Shown piece after piece: positions 9,310-19,956 of a DNA stretch of 64,000 nt. Below the pieces are notes generated by a model. The model ran no database searches. It was not told the origin of the DNA and saw only the letters and a program-made list of their open reading frames with translations. The DNA is from an uncultured delta proteobacterium. GTDB taxonomy: Bacteria > Myxococcota > UBA727 > VGSZ01. Location: positions 160,001 through 224,000 of the forward strand of contig CAVZJB010000017.1 of the NCBI GenBank assembly GCA_963775425.1, written 5' to 3'. A program made the translations under genes and the position numbers. The number at the start of each line of letters is the position of its first letter. Position 1 is the stretch's first letter.

Positions 9310-10746
9310 TTGCACCACATTCAAGAGCTCAAGGACTACGTCGGCTTCACCGACGCCGACGGGCAGAGCCTCCGGGCGCTCTGGCCGCAGGTGGCGCCCG
9401 GGGCGGAAGCCCTCGCGGGGCGCTTCTACGACGGCGCGGCGCGGCTCGAAGGCGCGCGCGCCTTCTTGCAGGACGCCGCGCGGGTCGCCGAGCTGCGGCG
9501 GACGCTCATCGAGTGGCTGCGCGAGCTGCTGAACGGCCCCTGGGACGACGCCTACTGCGAGCGGCGGCGACGCATCGGCGACGCCCACATGCTCGTCCAC
9601 CTGCCGCAGGCGTTCATGTTCACGAGCATGAACCTGCTGCGCCATGACCTCCTCGACATCGCGGGGCGGGCGCTGGCGGGCGAGCCCCTCGAGCGCACCC
9701 GCACGGCGCTCCTGCGCATCATGGACATCGACCTGGCGCTGATGGTCGGCGCGTACATGGAGGTGCACGAGCAGGCCCACCTCGCCGATCTGCGCGAGCT
9801 GATCATCTCGCGGCTGCCGACGCCGGTGGTGATCTTCGACCGTGAGCAGCGCGTGCTCTCGATGGCGGACCCCTCGGGCCTCTTGCGTCCCGGCGAGACG
9901 TTCACCGACGTCATCCCCGCGGCCATCATCGAGGCGGCGGCGTTGCCCGCGCGCGTCGTTCGCGCCACCAGCACGCGCCGCGAGATCATCCTGCCCCGCG
10001 TCGACGCGACCATCGACGGCGAGGAGCGCTGCTTCCGCGTCACCATCGCGCCGCTCGACCACCCCGTCGCGGAGACGATGATCCACGTCGAGGACCTCAC
10101 CGAGGTGGTGGCTGCCCAGGCGCGCACGGAGATGGCGGAGCACCTGGCGGAGCTCGGCATGATGGCGGCGAGCATCGCGCACGAGCTCCGCAACCCTTTG
10201 GGCGGCATCCGGGCGGCGCTGCAGGTCGTGCGCTCGTCGTTCGCCGACGAGGACCCACGCTCGGACGTGCTCGACAAGGTGCAGGAGCAGACGGTGCGCC
10301 TCGGGTCCCTCGCCGCCGACCTCTTGAGCTTCGCGCGCCCGCTCGAGCCCAAGCCGCGGCGCCTCCGTCTGCGGGTCGTCCTCGACGCCATCAAGAACGC
10401 CGAGCCGGGCGCGGTGACGGTGACCGGCGACGGCTTCGCGCTGGGCGACGCGGCGCTCCTCACGCAGGTGCTCTTGAACCTCGTCCAGAACGCGACGCAG
10501 GCGGGCGCCTCCGAGGTGCAGGTGTCGGCCGACGGCCCACGCGTCCAGGTCGTCGACAACGGCCCCGGCATCGAGGCCGCGCTCCGGCAGCGGGTCTTCG
10601 AGCCCTTCTTCACCACCAAGACCCGCGGGACCGGTCTCGGCCTCCCCATCGCGCGCAAGCTCGTCGTGTCCATGGGCGGGACGCTCGACCTGTGCGCCTC
10701 CCCTCTCGGCGGCGCCGGCTTCCTGTTGTCGCTGCCGGAGCCCTGA
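9310..10746 (+). CDS. Globin-coupled (protoglobin) PAS-like sensor histidine kinase
   Basis: ELKDYVGFTDAD...RIGDAH globin-sensor signature; H-box IAHELRNPL; NLVQNA, DNGPGI, FFTTK, GTGLGL. Confidence 0.9.
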   Translation: MHHIQELKDYVGFTDADGQSLRALWPQVAPGAEALAGRFYDGAARLEGARAFLQDAARVAELRRTLIEWLRELLNGPWDDAYCERRRRIGDAHMLVHLPQAFMFTSMNLLRHDLLDIAGRALAGEPLERTRTALLRIMDIDLALMVGAYMEVHEQAHLADLRELIISRLPTPVVIFDREQRVLSMADPSGLLRPGETFTDVIPAAIIEAAALPARVVRATSTRREIILPRVDATIDGEERCFRVTIAPLDHPVAETMIHVEDLTEVVAAQARTEMAEHLAELGMMAASIAHELRNPLGGIRAALQVVRSSFADEDPRSDVLDKVQEQTVRLGSLAADLLSFARPLEPKPRRLRLRVVLDAIKNAEPGAVTVTGDGFALGDAALLTQVLLNLVQNATQAGASEVQVSADGPRVQVVDNGPGIEAALRQRVFEPFFTTKTRGTGLGLPIARKLVVSMGGTLDLCASPLGGAGFLLSLPEP

Positions 10747-10790
10747 CGCGCCGCTGGCACGGAGGTTGGATAGCTCGACGTGGAGGCACG

Positions 10791-11285
10791 ATGACGTTCC
10801 AGCTCAAAAGCATCCTCGTTCCCGTCGCCGTCGGCTCCGCCGATGATGTGGTCGTCGCGGAGCACCTCGTGGACGCGGCGTGCGAGCTGGCGAAGCTCCA
10901 GGGCGCCAAGATCACCCTCGTGTACGTCGACGCTCCGCGCATGGCGCTGGTGCCGCTCGACACCGGGGGCGCGTCGCCGGCGGCGTATCAGGCCATGGCG
11001 GAGGTCTGGGAGGCGAACCGCGGCGCGGCCATCGCCAACCTCGAACGGCTGCGCACGCGCGTGAACGAGGCGAAGGTCCCGGTCGCCATCGACGTCGTCG
11101 AGCCCACCGAGGGCCCCGGCGAGACCATCGCCGAGATCGCCAGGGAGAGGAACGTCGACCTCGTCGCGTTGGCGTCCCACGGCCGCCGCGGCATCAAGCG
11201 GCTCTTCCTCGGCAGCGTCGCCGAGCGTGTGGCGCACCTCGCGGATGCTCCCGTGCTCATCCTGCGCACCGCCGACCTCCACTGA
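10791..11285 (+). CDS. Universal stress protein (UspA family)
   Basis: ILVPV; DLVALASHGRRGIKRLFLGSVAERV; GGAGG RBS. Confidence 0.92.
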   Translation: MTFQLKSILVPVAVGSADDVVVAEHLVDAACELAKLQGAKITLVYVDAPRMALVPLDTGGASPAAYQAMAEVWEANRGAAIANLERLRTRVNEAKVPVAIDVVEPTEGPGETIAEIARERNVDLVALASHGRRGIKRLFLGSVAERVAHLADAPVLILRTADLH

Positions 11286-11295
11286 GGGGGGGGGC

Positions 11296-11760
11296 GTGCT
11301 CGACATCGACAATCGCTCCGCCCACCTCGCCGGCGCCTCCGTGCGCGAGCGGGAGAGCGAGACGGACTTCATCGTCGACCGCTACCACAGCGCCTTCAGG
11401 GACGAGCTCCGCTTCCTGTTCGCCCTGCTGCGATCGCGACCGCGCGACGACGGGCTCGGCGAGGCCGTCGCCCGCCTCGCCTCCCGGCTCGCGTCGCACC
11501 ACGCCCTCCAGGAGCTGCGCATCTTCCCGGCCTACGAGGCCAACATCCCGTGCGGCCCGGGCATGCTCGACGCCTGGACCCGCGACGAGATCGAGCTGTA
11601 TCGCGCCGTCGACGCCTTGCGCGACGCCTGCCGCATCGACGTGGAGCCGGCGCTCGTCGCGCGCGCGCAGGGCCTCGCCGACGCCGTGCGTGATCACCTG
11701 CGAGTCGAGAGCCAGCTCCTCGGCCCGTGGGTGCAGGCGCCCGACGACGCCGTGCCGTGA
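11296..11760 (+). CDS. Degenerate hemerythrin / YtfE(RIC)-like four-helix protein
   Basis: IVDRYHSAFRDEL, SHHALQELRIFP and DHLRVESQLL resemble RIC/hemerythrin HxxxE motifs, partly substituted. Confidence 0.5.
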   Translation: MLDIDNRSAHLAGASVRERESETDFIVDRYHSAFRDELRFLFALLRSRPRDDGLGEAVARLASRLASHHALQELRIFPAYEANIPCGPGMLDAWTRDEIELYRAVDALRDACRIDVEPALVARAQGLADAVRDHLRVESQLLGPWVQAPDDAVP

Positions 11761-11763
11761 GGC

Positions 11764-12615
11764 TCAGCGCGCGCGCGCGGCCGCGTACAAGACCGCAGCG
11801 TGAAACGACGAGCGCACCAGCGGGCCGGCGGCGACGCCGGCGAAGCCGAGGGCGAGGGCGTCGCTGGCCAGGTCCTCGAAGGACGTCATGTCGGCGTAGC
11901 GCATGACCGGCGCCGCCCGCGGCGACGGCCGCAGGTATTGTCCGACGGTGACGATGTCGACGTCGACGGTGCGCAGGTCGATGAGGGTGTCGACGGCCTC
12001 GTCGTCGGTCTCGCCGAGGCCGAGCATCAAAGACGACTTGGTCACGATGTCCGGCGCGATCTCCTTCACGGTGCGCAGGACGTCGAGCGAGCGCGCGTAC
12101 CCCGCGCGCCGGTCGCGGATGCCCGACGTGAGGCGCGCCACAGTCTCGATGTTGTGGGCGAAGACGTCGGGGCCGGCGGCGAGGACCGTCTCGAGGAGCC
12201 GCGGGTCACCGTCGAGGTCGGGGCTGAGGAGCTCGACGAGGGCGCCGGTCTCGCGCACGGCGACGACGCAGGCGGCGAGGTGCGCGGCCCCGCGGTCCTC
12301 GAGGTCGTCGCGATCGACGCTGGTGAGGACGACGTACTCGAGGCCGAGCTTCGTCACGGCCGCGGCGACGCGCGCGGGCTCGTCGGCCTCCGGCGGCGGC
12401 GGACGCGCGGCCTTCTTCACGTGGCAGAAGCGGCAGCCGCGGGTGCAGGTGTCGCCGGCGAGGAGGAACGTGGCCGTGCCCTCGCTCCAACAGGTGCCTT
12501 GGTTCGGGCAGCGGGCGGACTCGCAGATGGTGGAGAAGCCGCCGAGGGCGTCGCGCACGAAGGCGACGCGCTCGTCCGACGGGGCCGGCGCGGAGAGGAC
12601 CGGGAGCTCCCTCAT
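11764..12615 (-). CDS. lipA: Lipoyl synthase
   Basis: CX4CX5C (CESARCPNQGTC), radical SAM CTRGCRFC, TSVDRDDL, HNIETV, GQYLRP, RSSF. Confidence 0.95.
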   Translation of the reverse strand: MRELPVLSAPAPSDERVAFVRDALGGFSTICESARCPNQGTCWSEGTATFLLAGDTCTRGCRFCHVKKAARPPPPEADEPARVAAAVTKLGLEYVVLTSVDRDDLEDRGAAHLAACVVAVRETGALVELLSPDLDGDPRLLETVLAAGPDVFAHNIETVARLTSGIRDRRAGYARSLDVLRTVKEIAPDIVTKSSLMLGLGETDDEAVDTLIDLRTVDVDIVTVGQYLRPSPRAAPVMRYADMTSFEDLASDALALGFAGVAAGPLVRSSFHAAVLYAAARAR

Positions 12616-12851
12616 GCGTGCGCGCGCTCCTCGAGGTACGCGACGGCCGTCTTGAGCGTGCGCAGGCGGCTGTAGTCGGACTCGGGGACGTCGATGCCGA
12701 GCCGCTCGTGGATGCCGACGACGACGTTCAGAAAGTCCATGGAGTCGAGGTCGAGCTCCTCGCGCAGGTCGGCGTCGGGCGGAATGCTCGTGGCCTCGGG
12801 CGCGACGGCGCGCACGGCGGCGATGACGGCAGCTTCGATGGAGTCGGTCAC
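12612..12851 (-). CDS. Acyl carrier protein
   Basis: 79 aa acidic protein; DLDSMD phosphopantetheine motif; overlaps both neighbours. Confidence 0.9.
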   Translation of the reverse strand: MTDSIEAAVIAAVRAVAPEATSIPPDADLREELDLDSMDFLNVVVGIHERLGIDVPESDYSRLRTLKTAVAYLEERAHA

Positions 12852-14064
12852 GGTTCCTCCGGGTGCTCGAGGCGCATGGCGACGTCACGCAGAAAGAGCG
12901 CGCCCGCGTGGCCGTCGCTGACGCGGTGATCGGCGGCGACGCTGATGCTTGCGACGGAGCGGACCTCGACCTTGCCGTCGACGACCCAGGGGCGCGGCAC
13001 GATGCTGCCGACACCGACGATGGCCACCTGGGGCGGTTGGATGACGGGGACGAGCGCCTCGACGCCGGTGTCACCGAGGCTCGTGAGGGTGATGGTCCCC
13101 GACGTCATCTCGCTGCCGCGCAGGCCGCCGGCGCGGACACGGCGGACGATGTCGGCGATGTCCCTCATCAGCGCGTCGACGTCCTTCTTGTCGGCGTCGA
13201 AGATGCAGGGCGCGATGAGGCCGCCGCCGCGCATGGCGGTGGCGAACCCGAGGTTGACGCGCTCGCTCGGCGCGTGCCCGTCGACGTACGTGCCGTTGAG
13301 GGCCGGGTGGTCGGCGGCGGCGAGCGCGACGGCGCGGGCGTAGAGCACGGCGAGCAGCAGCCGGTCGGTGACGGCGCGCTTGTCGTTCGCGGCCTTGAGC
13401 CACGCGAGCGCGTCAGTCATGTCGACAGTTTCGAATAGATAGTAGTGAGGGATCTCCCGCTTGGAGCGCGCCATGGCCGCCGCGATGGCCCTGCGAATCG
13501 ACGGGACCTCCTCGCGCGCCGGCGGGGCGGGCGCTGCCTCGATCGCCGTCGGCGGCGCGGGGGCGGCCGGGCCGCTGGCGGCGAGGACGTCGGCGACCGT
13601 GATGCGGTCGCCGTGGGAGGGGACGACGTGGGCGAGATCGACGCCGAGCTCCGCAGCCCGTCGCTTGGCGAGCGGCGTCGCGTGCGGCCGAACGTCGTGA
13701 GCGGCTGCGCCGGGCTCGCCGGCGGGAGCGCGGTCGCCCCCGGGGCGGGCGTCACGCGCGCCGGTGCACCGTCGTCGTGGGGCGGGGGCGTACCCGCCGC
13801 GGGCGCCGCACCCGCCGGCAGCGTCTCGACGTGCAGGCGCGCGATGGGCGTGCCCACCGTCACCTGCGCGCCCTCCTGCACGAGGACGCTTTGCAGCGTG
13901 GCGTCCTCGAAGCACTCGACGTCGATAAGCCCCTTGTCGGTCTCCACCTGCACGATGAGGTCGCCGCGGTGGAGCGCGGCGCCGGGCTTCTTCAGCCAAG
14001 CGACCACGCGGCCCTTGTTCATGTCCGCGCCGAGCGACGGCATCTTGAAGTCGATGTCAGGCAC
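12848..14064 (-). pseudogene. pdhC: Dihydrolipoamide acetyltransferase (PDH E2), split by a -1 frameshift in the linker
   Basis: Lipoyl domain (VETDK) is in frame 14064-13417; E3-binding domain (ATPLAKRRAAELGVDL) and catalytic domain (DHRVSDG) are in frame 13999-12848. Confidence 0.85.
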
Positions 14065-15028
14065 CGCAAGCCTCCCGCGCCGCGCGCACGATGTCGTCCA
14101 CCTGGGGGAGCGCCGCCTGCTCGAGGTGCGCCGGGTACGGGATGGGCGTCTCCTGCGTGCAGATGCGCACCGGCTTGGCGTCGAGCTCGTCGAAGGACAG
14201 CTCCGTGATGCGCGCGATGACCTCCGCCGCGAGGCCCACGCTCCGCCAGCCCTCGTCGACGACGATGGGTCGGTGCGTGCGCGTCACGGTGGCGGCGATG
14301 GCGTTGTCGTCGAGCGGCCGCAGCACGCGCAGGTCGAGGACGTCCGCCTCGATGCCGTCCTTCGCCAGCACCGACGCTGCCTCGAGGCACTTGTACAGGC
14401 ACGCCCCCGACGTGATCAGCGAGACGTCCTTGCCGAGCCTGCGCAGGCGCGCGCGGTCGATGTCGACGGGCCCCGCGGGCAGCTCACCCTCCATGTTGTA
14501 GAGGCCGGCGTGCTCGAAGATGAGCACCGGGTCTCGCTCCTTCATCGCGGCCGGCAACATCCAGCGCGCGTCTTCGAGCGTCGCCGGCACCAGCACGCGC
14601 AACCCGGGGACGTGAGAGAACCAGCCCTCGAAGCTGTGGCTGTGCTGCGCCGCGAGCTGGCGGCCCGCGCCCGTCGCCATGCGGATGACCACGGGGCACT
14701 CCACCTGTCCGCCCGACATGTGTCGCAGCGTCGCCGCGTTGTTCACGATCTGGTCGAGCGCGAGCAACGCGAAGTTGCACGTCATGACCTCGGCGATCGG
14801 GCGCATGCCGCCCATGGCGGCGCCGATGCCCGCGCCGACGATGGCGGACTCGGACAGCGGCGTGTCGCGCACGCGCTCGGGCCCGAGCTCGGCGAGGAGC
14901 CCCTTGGTCACCGCGTAGCAGCCGCCGTAGGAGCCGACGTCCTCGCCCATCAGGAACGCCTTGGGGTCGTCGAGGAGCGCCTGGCGAATGGCCTGCTTGC
15001 AGCACTCACGGTACGTCGTCGTCGTCAT
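14057..15028 (-). CDS. pdhB: Pyruvate dehydrogenase E1 beta subunit
   Basis: [33 protein letters not shown]. Confidence 0.93.
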   Translation of the reverse strand: MTTTTYRECCKQAIRQALLDDPKAFLMGEDVGSYGGCYAVTKGLLAELGPERVRDTPLSESAIVGAGIGAAMGGMRPIAEVMTCNFALLALDQIVNNAATLRHMSGGQVECPVVIRMATGAGRQLAAQHSHSFEGWFSHVPGLRVLVPATLEDARWMLPAAMKERDPVLIFEHAGLYNMEGELPAGPVDIDRARLRRLGKDVSLITSGACLYKCLEAASVLAKDGIEADVLDLRVLRPLDDNAIAATVTRTHRPIVVDEGWRSVGLAAEVIARITELSFDELDAKPVRICTQETPIPYPAHLEQAALPQVDDIVRAAREACGA

Positions 15029-16008
15029 GGCCGCTCCTCTCCCGCGTCGGGCGGCGAGCCCGCGCCCGGAGATCGGGGTGCCACCACGTGCTTGAGGAGG
15101 TCGCTCACGGGCTCCCAGGTGCCGGCCTCCGCGAAGCGCACGGCCTCGTCGAGCTCCCGCTCGATGCCCGTCTCGATCTCGCGGATCACGGCGTCGCCGA
15201 GCTCCGCGGTCGCCTTCTTCAGCACCACCAGCGGGTCGCGCTCCTTCCAGCGCTCGATCTCCGCCTTGTCGCGGTAGAGCTGCGCGTCGAACATCGAGTG
15301 CGCGCGGAAGCGATAGGTGCGCATCTCGAGGAACACCGGCGCGCCCGCGCGCACCTCGGGGATCGCGCGCTCCGCCGCCGCCAACACCGCCGTGATGTCC
15401 ATGCCGTCCACGGTCTCGGCTCGAACCCGGTAGCTGCGCGCCTTGGCCGCAAGGTCCTGCTGGGACTCGTCGATCTCGAGCGCCGAGCCCATCGCGTAGA
15501 GGTTGTTCTCGCAGACGAAGAGCACCGGCAGCCGCCACAGAGACGCCAGGTTCAACGACTCGTGGAACTCACCCTCGGCGACGGCGCCTTCACCGAAGAA
15601 GCACGCCGTCACGCGGGGGCGCTTCTGCATCTTGTCGGCGAGAGCAAGGCCGACGGCGATGGGCAAGCCGCCGCCGACGATGGCGTTGCCGCCGTAGAAG
15701 TGGCGGCCGACGTCGAAGACGTGCATGGAGCCGCCGCGCCCGCCGCTCACGCCCTCGCGCTTGCCGAAGAGCTCGGCCATCAGGCGGTCGGCGGGGACGC
15801 CGCGGGCGAGCGCCTGCCCGTGGTCACGGTACGTGGCGACCACGGCGTCGTCGTCGCCGAGCGTGCGGCAGACGCCGACGGCGACCGCCTCCTGCCCGTC
15901 GTAGAGGTGGAGGAAGCCGCGGATCTTGCCCGCGCTGTAGAGTTCCGCCGCGCGGGCCTCGAAGCGGCGGATGCGCGCCATCTCCCGGTACAGCTCCACG
16001 GGGGTCAT
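15025..16008 (-). CDS. pdhA: Pyruvate dehydrogenase E1 alpha subunit
   Basis: [21 protein letters not shown] motif GEGA...[13 protein letters not shown]. Confidence 0.93.
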   Translation of the reverse strand: MTPVELYREMARIRRFEARAAELYSAGKIRGFLHLYDGQEAVAVGVCRTLGDDDAVVATYRDHGQALARGVPADRLMAELFGKREGVSGGRGGSMHVFDVGRHFYGGNAIVGGGLPIAVGLALADKMQKRPRVTACFFGEGAVAEGEFHESLNLASLWRLPVLFVCENNLYAMGSALEIDESQQDLAAKARSYRVRAETVDGMDITAVLAAAERAIPEVRAGAPVFLEMRTYRFRAHSMFDAQLYRDKAEIERWKERDPLVVLKKATAELGDAVIREIETGIERELDEAVRFAEAGTWEPVSDLLKHVVAPRSPGAGSPPDAGEERP

Positions 16009-17726
16009 GACTTGCCCTCGAGCGTCGACGTGTCGCCCTCGGGGAGCCCCAGCTCGCGCGCGCGCAGCAGGCGCCGCATGATCTTGCCGCTGCGGGTCTT
16101 GGGGAGGTCGGCGACGATGTCGATCTCCTTGGGCGACACCGCCGGCCCGAGGCGCTTGCGCGCGAAGCCGAGCAGGTCCGTCCGCACGTCGTCACCGGCG
16201 GGCGTTCCGGGCTTCAACACCACGAACGCCTTGAGCACGTTGCCCGCGATGGGATCCGGCTTGCCGATGACCGCGGCCTCCGCCACGGCCGCGTGCTCCA
16301 TCAGCGCGCTCTCGACCTCGAACGGGCCCACCAGGTGGCCCGACGTCTTTACGACGTCGTCGGCGCGCCCGACGAACCAGAAGTAGCCGTCGTCGTCCCT
16401 GCGCGCGAGGTCGCCGCTCAGGTACCAGCCGCCGGCGAAGCACTTGTCGTAGCGCGCCTCGTCGTGGAGGTAGCCGCGGAACATCGAGGGCCAGCCGCGC
16501 TTGAGCGCGAGCTCACCCTCGCCATTGCCTGCGACGACCTCGACGACGTCGCCGTCGCGGCGGACGATGGCGGCCTCGACGCCGGGGACGGGCTTTCCCA
16601 TGGACCCGGGCTTGATGGGCATCGACGCGAAGTTCGCGATCATGATGCCGCCCGTCTCCGTCTGCCACCAGTTGTCGTGGAACGGCAGCCCGAGCACGTC
16701 ATTGCCCCACCACACGGCCTCCGGGTTGAGCGGCTCACCGACGCTGCCGGCGAAGCGCAGCGCGGAGAGATCGAAGCGCGCCGGCAGCTCGGGCCCCGCC
16801 TTCATCAACATGCGGATCGCCGTGGGCGCCGTGTACCAGACGCTGACCTTCTGCTCGGCGAGGATGCGGTACCAGCGCTCGGCGTCGAAGTCGGCCGCGT
16901 CGATGATGGAGGTCACGCCGCACGTGAGCGGCGCGATGATGCCGTAGGACGTGCCGGTGACCCAGCCGGGATCGGCGGTGCACCAAAAGACGTCGTCGTC
17001 GTGCAGGTCGAGGACGAGCCGGCCCGTGAGGTGATGGACCACCACGGCCTCGTGGACATGCACCGCCCCCTTGGGCGTGCCGGTGGTGCCGCTCGTGAAG
17101 TGGAGCAGCGCGGGCTCGCTCTTGTCGGTGGCCGGGATCTCGAAGCGAGCGTCCGCGCGCGCGAGCAGCCCGGGCAGCTCCTCGTCGACGATGATGACGT
17201 GCTCGAGCGTCGGCACCTGGTCACGCACCACGCGGACCTTGCGCTCGTACAGCCGCCGGGTGGTGACGAGCACCTTGGCCTCGCCCTTCTGCAGACGCGT
17301 GGCGAGCGGCTCCGGGCCGAACTGCGAAAACAGCGGGGAGAACACGCTCTTGTTCTTGAGCGTGCCGATCGCCGCCGTGTACAGCTCCGGCGCGCGCCCG
17401 AGCAGCGCGAAGACGGCGTCGCCGGGGCCGACGCCGAGGCTCCGCAGCGCGTTGGCGAAGCGGTTGCTCTGTTCGGCGAGGGCGGCGTAGGTGACGTCGA
17501 CGGCGGCGCCGTCCTTTTCGATGAAGCGCAGGGCGACCTTGTGCGCGAGCGGCCCCGCGGCGTGCCTGTCCACGGCCTCGTACGCGATGTTCAGGCCGCG
17601 ACCGCCGGGGAGGCCGCTGATGCCGGAGGTCCAGCGGACGTCGGCGCGGAGGCGCTCGATGTCCGGCGCGTTGGGGGAAACGCGCATGCGCGCGCGACTC
17701 TTTTCGATGAGCGCAGGTCTCGTCAT
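16005..17726 (-). CDS. acsA: Acetate--CoA ligase (AcsA type)
   Basis: [37 protein letters not shown]. Confidence 0.92.
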   Translation of the reverse strand: MTRPALIEKSRARMRVSPNAPDIERLRADVRWTSGISGLPGGRGLNIAYEAVDRHAAGPLAHKVALRFIEKDGAAVDVTYAALAEQSNRFANALRSLGVGPGDAVFALLGRAPELYTAAIGTLKNKSVFSPLFSQFGPEPLATRLQKGEAKVLVTTRRLYERKVRVVRDQVPTLEHVIIVDEELPGLLARADARFEIPATDKSEPALLHFTSGTTGTPKGAVHVHEAVVVHHLTGRLVLDLHDDDVFWCTADPGWVTGTSYGIIAPLTCGVTSIIDAADFDAERWYRILAEQKVSVWYTAPTAIRMLMKAGPELPARFDLSALRFAGSVGEPLNPEAVWWGNDVLGLPFHDNWWQTETGGIMIANFASMPIKPGSMGKPVPGVEAAIVRRDGDVVEVVAGNGEGELALKRGWPSMFRGYLHDEARYDKCFAGGWYLSGDLARRDDDGYFWFVGRADDVVKTSGHLVGPFEVESALMEHAAVAEAAVIGKPDPIAGNVLKAFVVLKPGTPAGDDVRTDLLGFARKRLGPAVSPKEIDIVADLPKTRSGKIMRRLLRARELGLPEGDTSTLEGKS

Positions 17727-17878
17727 GCCGCGCGTGGATCGAGATTCGTGCCAGCGCGCGGCGGAGCCCCTGCCTGCGCTCTGCGCGCGGCCTTGTGGCG
17801 GCCCACACAGCAAGCGTGCGGTCGCGCACCACGCCGCGCGGCCCGCCGGACGGGCACGCGCCCCAGGCGGCGCGGTGG

Positions 17879-17894
17879 CGGCCCGATCGTTGCT
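17879..17894 (+). promoter_or_regulatory. Candidate sigma54 promoter
   Basis: CGGCCC-GATCG-TTGCT upstream of the AGGAGG RBS and ATG 17921. Confidence 0.5.
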
Positions 17895-17920
17895 TTCAGG
17901 GCCGGAGGCAGGAGGACCGC

Positions 17921-18730
17921 ATGAGCATCGTCGTCGCCACCGACTTCTCCGACAGCGCCCGCGTCGCCGCCGACGTCGGCGCGCGCATCGCCAAGGCGCT
18001 CGACGAGCCTTTGATCCTCGTGCACGCCCAGGAGCACGGCGACGACGGCGGCGTCCGCGCCCGCGCGCGCCTGGCCGAGGAGGTCGACCGCGTCGCCGAC
18101 TTCGGGCCGCGCCAATGCGAGGCCATGCTGCGCTCGGGACCGATCGTGCCGGCGCTGCGGGCGGCGGTGGAGGCCCTGGCGCCGCGCATCGTCATCGTCG
18201 GGGCGCAGGGCGCGGCGGTGCGGGGGGTCCTCGGGACCGTCGCGAGCGCGCTGGCGGCGCGCGTGCCGTCACCGGTGCTGGTGGTGCGCGACGGCGCGCG
18301 GCTGGTGCGCTTCTTCGACGAGCAGAAGACGCTGCGGGCGCTCCTGCCCTACGCCCTCGACGCGAGCTCGCAAGCGGCGCGCGACGCGTTCATCGAGGTG
18401 GCGCGCCTCGGCAAGGTGCAGGGGATCGTCGCGCACTTCTCCTTCCCGCCCGCGGGTCAAGGCCCGCTCGCCTCGGACGTGCGCTCCTTCCTCGCCCGCG
18501 ACGTGAAGGAGAGCCTCGGGGACGTCCCCGGCGCACACATCGTGGTGCGAGACAGCTACGGCGCGCTCGACGGGCACATCTGCGACCTCGCGGGCGAGAT
18601 GGACGTCGACTTGATCGTCGTCGGCACGCACCAGCGGCGCCACGTTGATTGGGTGACCGAGGGCTCCATCGCGGGCGGCGTCCTCAAGCACGCCCCGGTG
18701 AGCGTCCTCGTGGCCCCGCTCGTGCGCTGA
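17921..18730 (+). CDS. Tandem-domain universal stress protein
   Basis: IVVATDFS; [14 protein letters not shown]; [25 protein letters not shown]. Confidence 0.9.
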   Translation: MSIVVATDFSDSARVAADVGARIAKALDEPLILVHAQEHGDDGGVRARARLAEEVDRVADFGPRQCEAMLRSGPIVPALRAAVEALAPRIVIVGAQGAAVRGVLGTVASALAARVPSPVLVVRDGARLVRFFDEQKTLRALLPYALDASSQAARDAFIEVARLGKVQGIVAHFSFPPAGQGPLASDVRSFLARDVKESLGDVPGAHIVVRDSYGALDGHICDLAGEMDVDLIVVGTHQRRHVDWVTEGSIAGGVLKHAPVSVLVAPLVR

Positions 18731-18733
18731 CGA

Positions 18734-19918
18734 TCAGCCGACGGCTGCCGGCAACCAGAGCGTGAAGCGGGCGCCGCCCTCCGGGGGCGACGCCACCTTC
18801 AGCGTGCCGCCGCGGCGCTGGGCGAGCTCCTTCACCATGGCGAGGCCGAGGCCCGTGCCCTCCTTGCCCTTGGTGGTGAAGAAGCTCTCGAAGATCTTGT
18901 CGCGCAGCTCGTCGGGGACGCCGGGGCCGTCGTCGATGACCTCGACTGCGGCGCCGCCGTTGTTCTCGCGCAACACCACGGTGACGGTGCCGCCGCAGTC
19001 GGCGACGGCGTCGATGGCGTTCAGCACGAGGTTGGTCACGGCGGCGACGGCGTCGGCGATCTCGACGCGCACGCGGGGCGCCTCGTGCGCCTCCACGACG
19101 AGGGCCACCGCGTTGGCGGCCTGCGCGGCGCGGGGCCGGCACAGGCCCACGGCGTCGTCGATGATGCTGTGCAGACCGGTGAGCTCGCTCTCGTCATCCG
19201 CGCCGAGCTTGCTGAACGCGCGCAGGCGCTCGACGATGCCGAGCCCCGTCTGCAACGGCCGCCGCATCCCCTGCACGCGCTCCGTGAACGCGGCGACGTC
19301 GTAGTTGCCGCGCGACAGGACCTCGATCTGCATGAGCAGCGGGCCGACGACGTTCTTGAGGTCGTGGGCGATGCCGGCCGCCATGCCGCCGATGGCCCGC
19401 AGCTTCTCCGCATGCCCCAGCGCGCGGCGCGACGCCTTGAGCTCCTCGTAGGCGCGCTCGAGCTCCTCACGCTCCTTGGCCCGCAGCAGCGTCGAGGCCG
19501 TGATGTCGACCACGGCTGCCGCGAGGCTCATCTGCTCGTCGTCCACCATGGAGCCGGGGTCGAACAGGACGAGCACCCCGTACAAGCCGCCGCCGGCGAC
19601 GAGCGGGAGCTGCTCGACCGCGGCGAAGCGCCCCTGGGCACACGCGAGGAAGTGCTCGCCGAGCGGCGCACCGAGGTCGTCGAGGGCTACCCCGATGGTG
19701 CTGGTGTCCCCGAACCCTCGCTGCGCCACCACCCCGGGCCGCCCCTGCTCGTCGAGCTGCACGAGGACGGCTGCGGCGGCCGCCAGGAGCTCGACGGCCG
19801 TGTCCACGAGCAGCGTCTGCAGCTCGGTGGAGGTCGGCGCCGTCGCGAGGAGCCTCGCGAAGCGAGCCAGGGCATCAATTGAACGAGACACTGCTTCGGT
19901 TACCTGCCTATTTCGCAT
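18734..19918 (-). CDS. GAF-domain sensor histidine kinase (start uncertain: 19918 or 19891)
   Basis: IAHDLKN H-box, NLVLNAIDA, DDGPG, FFTTK, GTGLGL; N-terminal GAF-like region. Confidence 0.88.
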   Translation of the reverse strand: MRNRQVTEAVSRSIDALARFARLLATAPTSTELQTLLVDTAVELLAAAAAVLVQLDEQGRPGVVAQRGFGDTSTIGVALDDLGAPLGEHFLACAQGRFAAVEQLPLVAGGGLYGVLVLFDPGSMVDDEQMSLAAAVVDITASTLLRAKEREELERAYEELKASRRALGHAEKLRAIGGMAAGIAHDLKNVVGPLLMQIEVLSRGNYDVAAFTERVQGMRRPLQTGLGIVERLRAFSKLGADDESELTGLHSIIDDAVGLCRPRAAQAANAVALVVEAHEAPRVRVEIADAVAAVTNLVLNAIDAVADCGGTVTVVLRENNGGAAVEVIDDGPGVPDELRDKIFESFFTTKGKEGTGLGLAMVKELAQRRGGTLKVASPPEGGARFTLWLPAAVG

Positions 19919-19956
19919 ATGACACGGGCGTCCAGCAGGCAAGCACAGGAGATCCC

